DNA of 63,614 bases, the filler included, from Bigelowiella natans CCMP2755 (Eukaryota; Protista; Cercozoa), in assembly GCA_000320545.1 (NCBI GenBank). It is 12 parts of 12 records of this genome, joined end to end, with 100 filler letters (N's around TTAATTAATTAA, not from the genome) between each part and the next. Parts side by side here need not be neighbours in the genome. Positions count along the whole stretch, not along the records: positions 40,355 to 53,313 come from ADNK01002572.1; positions 53,414 to 54,875 come from ADNK01002115.1; positions 54,976 to 57,277 come from ADNK01000657.1; positions 57,378 to 61,092 come from ADNK01002320.1; positions 61,193 to 63,614 come from ADNK01001607.1; 7 more parts are not named here. One strand, given 5' to 3'. How positions within the stretch are numbered: position 1 is the stretch's first letter; every line of letters begins with the position of its first letter. This document shows positions 52,006 through 63,614 of the stretch, piece by piece. A program made the position numbers and the translations under genes. The notes under the pieces were generated by a model. The model was not told the DNA's origin, made no database searches, and was given only the letters and a program-made list of their open reading frames with translations.

Positions 52006-53264
52006 GGTGCATCAGAAGAGGCGCACGACGGCTCACAGACTGTCGTCAAGTTCGCACAGAACCCGAGAACCGTTTTAGAAAACAAAAAAAGGTCGTATGA
52101 TGGTAAAAGATCACCCAAAAAGCGAATTATACGTGCCCAATGCCCCAACAGACTGCTCGTCAGGATGCAGGTCAGCGGATATTTTACACTGTAGATGACA
52201 CAATCTTCTTGTTCTTTAAATAAAATTCACTCCATTTGGATGGGCATGGGGATATTTTATCCAAAATAATGCCTCGGGAGATGTTTTAATGTACACACTG
52301 AGTGGAGAAGTTAAACCTTCCTCAGGTCCGGAAGATGGAACTGGAGCGCAACCGCTACCTCATACAGATGCGGAGAGGCGCCATTTTACATAAATTCAAC
52401 CCTCGAACGTATTGACACAAGACAGTTTGTTTGAGCCATTATGTTACAAATGTCTTGGATTTTGTTTATTTTTTTCTATCGGGCTCATCTTTCTCACTTC
52501 TTTTCGACTAACAATCATGCTGTTCTTTGTGTATTAGCGGCCAGCCAGAGAAAAGATGGTTCATTGGTACGCCCCAATCACCATCTCCACTGATATGTAC
52601 ACTTCACATGGGTGTTTTCGTAGCATCTTATACCTGTGATTATAAACTAGTCGACAAAGACGGCTCGACCATATCGTGGACAAAGCCGACATCTAATATT
52701 ATGGGCATTAAAACGAGAAAGAAAAGTAACTAACTTGCAGATTCTCTCCTCCTTATCATCTATCCGTTTGCGACCGATGCAAAATAAAATACCATCTGTG
52801 TTTGTGAGCGCTAGTGTATTTGGACGTGCGATAGATAGAGAACGGGAGAGCGTGTTATCACTTGCATCTTTTTCTTGCAGAAACCTCGCGGACGCGCTGT
52901 ACCTGACCTACGGAAGGGCAGATGATGTGCAAAATGTACAGCTAACTATCTATGATATAAACTACCAAATAAACTCCAAGACGCCCATCTTCACACGCTT
53001 ACCCACGCACTCTTCCACATTATATCATTAGACCGTGGATACATGGCTGTGTTTTACAATTGTCTTCTGTGAAAAGTAAGATAAAGTGGGAAGCGAGGGG
53101 AGCTGGGTGGAGGGGGGCTATGGCAGGAATGATGGCAAAATGCTAGGGTCTTGCATTCGTGTGTTGCGTTGTCCGAAGATCGTTTCTGTCCTTTCATCAT
53201 TCACAGGGTTGGGAAGTCATGGGTGACAAGGGAGTTGAGCATAGGCTGCTCCGATCAGCAACAG
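52006..53264 (+). CDS. PH-domain protein (PLC/Mcp5-type PH), partial
   Basis: MRRGAILHKFNPRT/GQPEKRWFI/VDKDGSTISW...LADALYLTYG...WLCFTIVF..RELSIGCSDQQQ. Confidence 0.7.
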
Positions 53265-53474
53265 GTAGCTGCATCGTCATTTGTAGCACTTGTTATGTTT
53301 CTCTCCCTCCCCCNNNNNNNNNNNNNNNNNNNNNNNNNNNNNNNNNNNNNNNNNNNNTTAATTAATTAANNNNNNNNNNNNNNNNNNNNNNNNNNNNNNN
53401 NNNNNNNNNNNNNATGCGCACGACTGCTCCTTATCACCGCCAATCATGAATGTCATCCTTTTATCACATCGCAG

Positions 53475-53565
53475 TACACAGAAGACGTAGAATCAGCCTT
53501 GTCCCTATACGATGCGGTCAAGGTATTCCATAGATATATCCTAATGAAGCACACGCACACACACA

Positions 53566-53607
<42 letters not shown>

Positions 53608-54046
53608 TAAATATTTGTGTTTGTGTGTGTGTTTATGATGTTAAGCGAGCATACTATGGCTCGGTTATTTTGCACGTGTTGGTCGTTGGGTGTGAGCGGC
53701 GGCGCACCACAGAAGATGGAATAGGTTCCTCTGAGTGTAGTGCTGCCCCTTTTTACAGGGAGAGCAGACCGCGTATGACGAAGAATTAGGGAAGATCTTC
53801 CAAGTCGCGAATATCTCAACCCCCGTGAGGGACCTGGAGAGACACAAGGTATTCAAGCCACGCGATGACGCAAAAGCACACAACGCAAAAGCGCACAACG
53901 CATCTCGTGTGAAGCGCAAGCGCGAAGACGCTCCACTCACACACATCGCGCGGCGACGATTCTGACATGTTTTCTGGCTCGAGCAGAAGGGCGTGTTTGC
54001 GTTCTACTTCGACGACGCTCCGAGGAGAGGCAACCACGTGTGGTAG
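53475..54046 (+). CDS. Hypothetical protein, last three exons
   Basis: YTEDVESALSLYDAVK/GEQTAYDEELGKIFQV..RHK/KGVFAFYFDDAPRRGNHVW*, all phase 0. Confidence 0.5.
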
Positions 54047-54128
54047 TCAGTAGACGACACAGAACCAAAAAAAAAACGTGGATTTTCCTTGCGATTTTTC
54101 GCCCGATGCGCACGGGTTCTCGGCGCTC

Positions 54129-54165
<37 letters not shown>

Positions 54166-54981
54166 TTTATATAGGCATCTGTTCCCATGTTTTCAAATAG
54201 CGTCATTACCGCGTTGTATGCGTATGCATGCATGCGTGTGCGTGTGCGTGTGCGTGTGCGTGTGCGTGCGTGTGTGTGTGTGTGTATGAAACAACCCCAT
54301 CGTAACTACCAATCCATGCATGTGGGACAATTAGCTGTGCAGAGCTACATTCAATAATTAATTACCTCCGTCTCGCAAACATAACACACTTTGTCCATGC
54401 ATGGTATGATGCTGAAGTGCTCACATCATATAGCATAGCATACGTATATACGCCACGCTAGCTAGAGCGGTCAAGCTGAATTTCAATCATATTTGCTGCG
54501 CCGCGGCGGGCTTCATGTACACGGCGTACTTGCATTGATGTAACTTCAACGTTTTCATCAGAATTTCATTTCTCTTTTTCTCCAACAGCGATCGATTTCT
54601 ATCGTCGTATCGGTATACAATGAGCTAATACGTAAAGATTGTTGGGGCATTGCCTGAACCGACGGCACCGTGTTTAATTGTATACTGCTCTAGAAGTCCG
54701 GGAAAGCTGTGGAGCGGTCTCGCCGACTTCAAAACCCCGCACATGAAAACCTTTCCACTTGATGTGATCGAGCGGTGGCTGTGCTTGCGACAGATATTTG
54801 TACACATGAGACGGAACTGTCCACCTTGACTGGGTCGAACACATCATCGAGTATCCTCGATCCCCAACTGCTGGGNNNNNNNNNNNNNNNNNNNNNNNNN
54901 NNNNNNNNNNNNNNNNNNNTTAATTAATTAANNNNNNNNNNNNNNNNNNNNNNNNNNNNNNNNNNNNNNNNNNNNCGTATA

Positions 54982-55035
<54 letters not shown>

Positions 55036-55225
55036 CGTATATCTGTGAGAACGCAAGGAATGATGGCAGCACTCGGTTTGCTGTAGCAGCGGCACTGACC
55101 GCAACACATGCGTGCATGGACTAATCCTCAGGACACAAACGAATGTTTCGTGCAGCATCCGTGCGACGTCTCTCCATGTAAGAAAAAGAAGACAAACTGC
55201 TTACGCCGCTGCTACTGCTACTGCT

Positions 55226-55259
<34 letters not shown>

Positions 55260-55498
55260 CTTGATGATAATGATCATGATGATGGCGACGACGAAACCTT
55301 CGTTAAGATGAGGTTTCAGAGAGAGATAGAGAAAGAGAAAGAGCTTAGAAAAGGAAAATGTATGAGACAATTTCTATCTCTTGTTCTTCTACTTTGGAAT
55401 TTTATAACTTCCACTATATCCTCCTCCTCCTCCTCCTCTTTCCCGTTAGTGAGCCGCAACATATGTTTCTCACGTTTGCTGGAGGCGGAGAGCGGCAG

Positions 55499-55863
55499 CA
55501 ACGGAGATCTTAAGCTCGAAACGTTCGCTAATGCGAAATTGGACAAAAGCGTGCTTCTCCAGGTGCAGCTAAATGAGTGCATGCGTCCATGCGTGTATGT
55601 GTAAGAGAGAGAGATTTATGAATATGATTTACGGCTTTTTCAACTTTTTGTACTTGGTCTCAGCACTAGCACTCGCCCTGCGTTACGGAGAACTTCCTGG
55701 TCCGTCCTACCCTACTACCTGAAGAGAAAAAGAGACATGGCGAGGCTATTGCGGGGGGGGGGGGGGGGGGGGGAGATGAAGTTATGAGAGAAAACGGCTG
55801 AGCAATAAAACCCGCAGTACGAAAAGCAGCATATATGCGGATATGCTTGTTGGTTGTAGTGAT

Positions 55864-55897
<34 letters not shown>

Positions 55898-57142
55898 GGG
55901 ATGATGATGATGTCGTGATGCATCATCATCCATCAGGTATCGAAGGTCGATCGATTCACCTTCCGCAACCCCCTCAATAACAGGAGTGGCCTCCTAAAGT
56001 AACAGCAAACCGAGAGATGAGTAGGAAATGGCAAGGAGGGGGAGAGGGGGCTGGGGGGAGGGGAGGAGGAGGCGTTGTTGGTTTGATACTTCATGAGATC
56101 CTTCCCTCCTAGCGAAGATAGAATTGATTACCGATGATGGTGTTATCCCCCGTGAGATATTGTCGCTACTACCACGTGCTGTCACCACCATTTAATAGGT
56201 TTGCAAAGCAGGCCATGTCGAATGAGTGGATGGTATGGCTTGCCCCTCCGGCTATCACATACGCACGCACATGCACGCTTACAAATCATGAAGAGAACTA
56301 CATCAGAGAATAGGAGTTCGCCCTCTTTCCCTCCCTCGTTTCTTCTCTCTCTTCCCCTTTTGCCACTGAGCGCAATATTTATGGGGAGGGGGGGGGGAAG
56401 GGGGCAATGTACACGTGCCAGCACGCGTCGCTTGTGACGTTCGTCGTGATTACCCCTCCTCCCCCCCCCTCAAGCCTGGCAAGCTATGGAAACATTAGGC
56501 GAGAGGCTGATTGTATGCTGTTATTGTTGTAAAACAGGTGACTTCTCGCCCTTCCGCAACAAGGAAGGTTGGCCCTGCTGCGACAAGGTCCATATCTATT
56601 ACATACAAGCCATTCGAACACATCATCATCATCATCATCATCACCATTACCACCACCATCATCATCAAAGGAGCGAAGAGGCCGATGGTATTCACGATCA
56701 TGATCATAATCACGATTTTTCCCAAATCGCAGAAAATTGCGTTTATGTCGATAGAAAGATGGGTATACTCATTCCTCTCTCTCTCATCCCCCTTTATCCT
56801 TCCCCCCCTCTCCAGAATCCTCCGTTCCAACATGTCGTTTGTGAACAACCACTTTTCCAACTGCTTCGAGGACACCGAAAACAAGTAAGTAGTAGGCGCT
56901 GTTTCTGCAGAGCATGTGCCGTGCGATGCCGTGCTTGCTTTATGCTGTCCCAATGCTTGTATACTTGCGCCGTCTCTTCCCCCCCCCCCCCCCCCCCCGG
57001 GGCCTTGAACGATCTCACCACTCACTCGCACTCACTCAGGCGAATTGTCATTGACCTGGTGGGCGTGACTGACCGCTACCTGGACTCCTACTTCCTCAAC
57101 GAGCTCCAGAACCCGGCGCAGTGGGGAACCACATTCACGCCG
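55499..57142 (+). CDS. Carotenoid oxygenase (RPE65/CCD family), internal exons
   Basis: HSPCVTENFL and FVNNHFSNCFEDTENK/RIVIDLV resemble the conserved HxFxxTENY and FHxxNAYE..IVxD iron-ligand motifs. Confidence 0.6.
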
Positions 57143-58131
57143 GTGAGGAGGGGGGGGAGGGGAGGGGGAGGGGGAGGGGAGGGGGGGGTAGGGCGAATAG
57201 AGATGTGCTGCGTTGCATGTGTGTGTAACTGTTGTCGGCTCTAGACTGAGTGTAGATACAGCTACAGCTACTATTGGNNNNNNNNNNNNNNNNNNNNNNN
57301 NNNNNNNNNNNNNNNNNNNNNTTAATTAATTAANNNNNNNNNNNNNNNNNNNNNNNNNNNNNNNNNNNNNNNNNNNNGAGAGAGAGAGGGAGTGGGGGGG
57401 GGGGAAGGGAAGAAAGGGAAGAGAAGCGAAAAGGAGGAGAGGAGGAAGATACGGTGAAGAAGAGGAAGGAATATGCTGTTGCCGTGCGAAGGAAAGCTGA
57501 TTGAGTGAGTGTACACATACGTGCTAGCCTGGCCCTCGAACCTGAGGAGGTATGGACTTTGGCGTCTCCATCCTGAGCCTTCTCTTCAGCGATGGGGGAA
57601 AGAAACCCCTTCCTGGTGGGAAGAAGGGGGACGTTTACTTGCATACAGTTCTCACAAGATGTCAGAAAAGCACGTGGCACTACCTCCTTGCCGCCATTGA
57701 GACCCTTTCGGAATTACGAGGTTCAAATCTTGAATTTCATTCGAAAATACGGGGAAAATGGAATTGGTTTAAGCCCTGCGACAAGATCTTGCCCCGGATT
57801 TTTCTAGTTTTTCTAATTTTAAATAATTTTGGGTATTTGGGATGTGTTTTGGTAAGGTGCCGTTTATTGCATTTGTTGTTCTCAAAACTTCCGAAGCCAG
57901 GTGTTTCGGATGCATTATTGGGGCGTTGTTGTTCTTGTTGTTAAGACTCCCGAAGCCGCATGGAACCTGGGCATAATGTGATCCGAAGAACATCAATAAA
58001 ACTATAAATGTCATCGAGAATTGCAATGTAGACGGAATTTCACACGGATAATTTCCAAAGAAAGTCTCATCGGAATGGGGGAGACGAAAGCAGAGCACAT
58101 GATCGTGTCCGTTCAATAGACGCTCAGACGC

Positions 58132-59543
58132 ATGCTCATCCTCGTAATGGGAGGTTCCTGTTTTGTGGGGCGAGAACTGGTAGAAGCCCTCGTCGCTCCC
58201 CGGGTAAATCATTAAGGCAAGCGCCCGACAGCTTTGCACAACGACTCATTCGCTTTCCGTAGGCGTTCGAGAAGCTCGGGCTCGGAAAGGAGAATCCGGT
58301 CACGATCGCCGTGCTTAACCGCGGCAGGAGGTTCTACACCTAGCCAGCCTAGTTCCACCACCAAGCCGGTTTCTAAAAAACTTTGAAACGATCGCCATAG
58401 GTATTGGGAGCTGGCAACGGGCGCGGCGCGGTCTGACCTTCCGAAAGGGGTTCTTCGCGTCACGTGCGATCGCATGGACAACGGACAACTCAGCGCAAAG
58501 ATCGAGGAGCTGCTCGCAGCCGTTCGCCCCCGCGATTTTGATAGAAGCCCGGGGAGGGAAGCAGACGCGAGGGGTGGCGCTCTAGGCAAGAGAGGGGGGG
58601 CTCCTCAGGGAGGGGGAGTTATTGTGGTCGACTTCTGCGCGTACAAGCCCAAGCACATACGTCCTTTGGTGAGACAGCGAGACCGGCGGATTAGATGAAG
58701 TGAATCTTGTAGCAGCTAGTCGTGGTCTGTAGATCTCGCGGAAACCCTGAAACGGCAAAAAATGAAGCCGACGATCTCAAACACGTCGTTCGCAGATTAA
58801 GACTCGAACGAACGCCGTCATCGGTTTTATTGACAGTCGTGGATTAAATCTATTGCAAAATGGCCTTTTTCTACACACATGAGAAGAAAAGTAGTTTAGT
58901 GACCGTGGCAATAGCCGCGGCAGCAGTACTATCATCAGCGTAGTGGGTGGATATGAAGCGTGGAATTGTGTGTGTGTTTATGTGTGTGTTCGTGCTGCTC
59001 TCACAAATGCGTTGCCACGCGTCCTTTATTGGTTACCCTTTCGAGCGTAGATTCGTTCTCTAAGAGGGGAGCTGAGGCACTATATATTCATCTCATCCGA
59101 CTCTGTGTATGAGGTAGTAGTGGTAGTAATAGTAGTAGTAGTAGTAGTAGTAGTAGTTGTAGTAGCAGTTTCGAGTGAGAAACGGGCTCAAAATTGCGGT
59201 GTTGTATTCTTCGTTTGCATATGAAAAGTAGAATCCTGCTGCTTACTCTTCGTGACACTCCCAATGACCCCATCACACCGCGCATACAAAGGTGTGTCAA
59301 GATGCGAATGCTTCGATGAGCTCCAGGGCTATGGGCATGACTCTCCAAACGGGCAGCGCCCCTTCGGCCTCGAATACGACTCCCCGTCAGTTTTACGGCA
59401 GCAGCAGCAGCAGCAGCAGTGTCAAGCAGGGCGACGAGCATGAAGCAAAGGAGGACAAACAGGAATCGAATCTAGAAAAAGGAGAAGGCAAACAGCAAGG
59501 TATAGTGTAGAGGGAGGGAGAGTTCGGATTCTTTGATGGATTT

Positions 59544-59582
<39 letters not shown>

Positions 59583-60345
59583 ATGTATCTGTTTGTACTA
59601 CCAACGCCTGCATGCTCTTGCTGTAAAAATCAGCCGATTTGGTGACAAAACAATATCCATCCAGGCCGCGCCCCCCCCTCCTCTTCCCCCCGTTCCCTCT
59701 CCTCTACCGCACGCGGAGATGCTCACAGCGGCAGCAGCAGAAGCAACAGCTACCGCAAGCGTCCCTTGAAAGAATCAGACGCCATTCGCCCAGAGTCGCG
59801 AAAGGAGCAGAAGATGTTGAAGGTTAGATTGCGAGAGAAATGCGAATGTGAAAACAGCAAACCCTGTTGTGCTCACTTCTAAAATCGTCGTCGATGATCA
59901 GCGCGAGGACTCCTACGGCCACAAAAAGCTGCGGTGCGAGGAATACCTGGAGAAGAAGGTGGGGAAAGGGGGGGGGGGGAGGGGGAAGGGGGGTAGAATT
60001 AACAAGAAACAAAAATAAGTTGTAAATCTTCGCGAATGATCGGGTGCACGTCTATACGAGGGTTAAATGACGATAACTGATGAGAAGGCCATGGGAAAAG
60101 TTCTTTCGCGTTGTGGATATATAAAGGCATTGCTGCTGTCTTTCGTTGCTCGGAACCCTATTTTGACCTGGTCTTCTTTCTCACTCCCCCTTTCCTCCCT
60201 TGTCTCACTATTCATCGCCCAGAGCCGTGAGATGGGCTTCAGCTATGCGGCGCTGCGGCTTTGCGACGTCATTGGCCCGTATGATAATACAGATCGATTC
60301 TGGTACTAAGAATAACGATGCTGCTGGCTGCTACTTTGGACGAGC

Positions 60346-60377
<32 letters not shown>

Positions 60378-60680
60378 AAACGATAATTCGGATGACGATA
60401 ATCGACGTGGTTTCTCGTCCTCGTTCACTTAAATGACGGGGCAACGAGCTGGCTATCTGTAGTTTGTGGTGTGTGCGCGCGCGCGAATCTGCGCGTATGG
60501 GAAAGTTAGGATTTATTTCCAATACCGCCCGTTTTCCCCCCTCATCCATGCCTGCTACTTCTAAGACCCCAACCCACCCTTTCTCTCTTTCTCTCTTACT
60601 CTCTTTGTCCTGCTGCGGCTAGGTCGACGTATCTTTGGCTGAAGTACGCCCCAGAAATGCCTATTCTCCCTGATGGAGAG
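58132..60680 (+). CDS. NAD-dependent epimerase/dehydratase-like atypical SDR, partial
   Basis: ILVMGGSCFVGRELVEAL, AVLNRG, VTCDR, VVDFCAY, YIFISSDSVYE, YGHKKLRCE and LRLCDVIGPYDNTDRFW. Confidence 0.85.
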
Positions 60681-61192
60681 CTTGGACACGTGCTGCCACC
60701 CACCCACCCACCCACCCACTCATTCATTTATTCATTCAATCAGCACACACCCCACTCCAAAACAGACGATTATGTGACGATGAAGGGGACAAATATTTGC
60801 GTGGAAGGAGGCGGGGGAGAGAGAGAGAGGAGAGAGAGAGAGAGAGGAGGGGAGGGGGGGTAGCGGGAGTGGGGGTGGAGGGGGGGGGGGGATGGGGGGC
60901 GCTCCAAAAAATTTCTACCTTTACTATCAGGGGCGGTTGGGGGGGCGCGCGCGCACAGCAAAAACAGGAGGGAAGGAGGGCGTAGGGGGCCAGCTAATAT
61001 TAGAAGTAAAGAAGCTTTGTGATCATTAAATGGCCAAGAGGCGCATCTTCTAATCAAACTCGCAAAGTTGGCTCCACGTCTTAAAAATTAATNNNNNNNN
61101 NNNNNNNNNNNNNNNNNNNNNNNNNNNNNNNNNNNNTTAATTAATTAANNNNNNNNNNNNNNNNNNNNNNNNNNNNNNNNNNNNNNNNNNNN

Positions 61193-61380
<188 letters not shown>

Positions 61381-61418
61381 TTTGTATATTATCTAGATGT
61401 TGTATTTTGATGTATTCT

Positions 61419-61457
<39 letters not shown>

Positions 61458-61584
61458 GTGATACATGGGCCTCACAAGGGTTCCTGGATTGCTGGGATAC
61501 AACTGGCGACACGAAGAAGGTGAGGAGAGGAGAGGAGAGGATAGCTGCTGCTGCTGCTACTAAAACAACATTCGTTAGTAATTG

Positions 61585-61616
<32 letters not shown>

Positions 61617-61660
61617 CTGCTCTTTGAAGGACGAAAACGTGCTGATGGTGTATCTGTATA

Positions 61661-61715
<55 letters not shown>

Positions 61716-61809
61716 ATTACTCCCTTTGCCTGTTTCGCAGCTATGGGAGTTATTTCGTAAGCCTGAGAACTTCGGCAAATCCTTCACTGGTGAGAAAACA
61801 TGCGGATAG

Positions 61810-61870
<61 letters not shown>

Positions 61871-61897
61871 TATTTACCGCACCGTGCGCACCGGTTA

Positions 61898-61950
<53 letters not shown>

Positions 61951-62693
61951 ATGTGGGTGTGTGTGTGTGTGTGTGTTGTAAGGCATGCGGAAGGAGCTCG
62001 ATAAGTTGAAGTTCTCCAAGTACCCTAGATCTGGGGACTTTAAGATAGTAGGTAACGAGCAACCGTCGCAGCATCGTCTCCCAGAAGCTCATTTCGCGTC
62101 GATGATTCCGTATCGTCCGAAATAGTTAAATGCGTGTCGCCCCCCCCCCCCTCCCCCTTTTTTGTTATCATTACTAACTCCTCACTCTTGCTCTGTTTTT
62201 GTTGTTGGTTTGTTTTTGTAAATTAAGGGAAGTGTGAGAGTCCGAAGTTTATCGCGAATATTGCCGTGAACGAAGGTTGTGGCCAACAGTGATTATGGCA
62301 CGGGATTGATGCACTTTCTGACGAAACTAGAATGCAGCTGAAAGAGAGAGAGAATACCTCTCCCCCCTCCCCCCCCCTTCCCTTTCTGAGCAAGTTGTGT
62401 AGATTGTTTAGCGATGCGAACCCCCCCCCCCTTCCCCATGGGCACACCTCCTCCTCCTCCTCCTCCTCCTCCTCCTCCTCCTCTCACCTACAACTACTAC
62501 TTGCTGCTGACAGATTCCAAGTACGATTCGCTGAGGAAACACGTCGGAGAGAATTACATCGCCAAGTTCGCCTATTTCTTCACAAAAGAGCTTCTTCTTG
62601 AAGAAGTGCTTTGAGGTGCTATTCGCAGCAATAATCATATTTAAGAAGTAGCAGTAGGAGAAGTTGTAGTCGCACTTGTTCTTGTAGTAAGTT

Positions 62694-62729
<36 letters not shown>

Positions 62730-62943
62730 ATATAAATGTGGTAATCCCTATGAAATGCTGCCCCCCCCCCCCCTCCCTCTCCTTTACACAAGCACGAATA
62801 GACCCACACACGCACGCGCACACACACAGGTGCTGAATCAAGAGGCAATTCCAGGATACATGGGATTTCCAGTCGTGTTCCAACGCATCTTCGAGGAGTA
62901 TAAAAAGCGGAAAACGGTGCTGCGCCAACGACTACTACTACTC

Positions 62944-62976
<33 letters not shown>

Positions 62977-63040
62977 TGCCGTGCATAATCCTATTCCCAT
63001 CGTCAATTCATGTTCAGTGCTGATGTATAAATATTATATA

Positions 63041-63089
<49 letters not shown>

Positions 63090-63289
63090 CAGTGTTGTTT
63101 ACTACTCTTTTCACTGGTCTTTCTTAATGGCTGGGCGCTGCTGCTACTTCTACTGATGTGTCGCAGGAGATCGAGGACGAGAAGGTTATCGAGTGGCTTT
63201 ACGATGAGTACTTCATTGAGATTCAGATCGATCGAGTCTGGGAACTCTTCACTTACATCGGGATTACGAAGTGAAATACGACTATTATA

Positions 63290-63348
<59 letters not shown>

Positions 63349-63557
63349 ATATTTGTATATGAGATTGTGTGATATGATTCATCGGCGCTTTCAGCGCCAT
63401 CATCGTACGATTTTAGCAAGGATTAGAAGGAGTAACTCGTGCTTTTTTTTTTTAAGCCATTTGTTCTCCTTATATGCGCGTATCTATCAGGGATTTCTCC
63501 CAGGTAAGAGCGCCCAAGGACGTGCCCCTTGGCGACGATATTAAGTCGTGGATCAAG
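61458..63557 (+). CDS. Hypothetical multi-exon protein, partial at both ends
   Basis: Nine AG/GT-bounded exons with a largely consistent frame (LWELFRKPENFGKSFT, GENYIAKFAYFFTKELLLEE, VIEWLYDEYFIEIQIDRVWELFTYIG); family not recognised. Confidence 0.65.
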
Positions 63558-63614
63558 GTAGGCACCAATCATGATGATGATGATGATGAGGAGGAGGAGG
63601 AGGAGGAGGAGGAG

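Noticed and set aside
57378-58050. Possible 5' end of a minus-strand gene (MAARRKGFLSPIAEEK)
   Set aside because: Too short and truncated by a gap to support a call.

Overview
Intron-rich eukaryotic (protist/alga-like) genomic DNA made of 12 contig pieces joined by 11 artificial 100-nt spacers (N...TTAATTAATTAA...N). Most introns are filled with microsatellites, so the six-frame ORF track is largely noise and genes had to be rebuilt by hand from GT/GC-AG exons. Recognisable genes: FAD-dependent oxidoreductase 3' end, condensin CAP-H, an ankyrin protein, TFIIA-gamma, CPSF100, a divergent actin-like protein, XPA, a SPINDLY-like TPR protein, an FkbM methyltransferase, a CS-domain protein, a SAM+EF-hand(+ferritin-like) protein, a solanesyl/polyprenyl diphosphate synthase, a PH-domain protein, a carotenoid oxygenase and an atypical SDR. 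The main discovery is non-coding. A 2.45-kb intergenic island (11108-13555) contains no TpA dinucleotide at all, in a genome whose introns are full of (TA)n. Other intergenic islands show partial loss, the surviving TpA sits mostly in CTAG, and paralogous repeat copies differ by TA versus TG/CA/CG. This looks like a repeat- or intergenic-targeted A:T->G:C hypermutation system, the mirror image of fungal RIP. All counts and alignments were done by eye and no database search was run.
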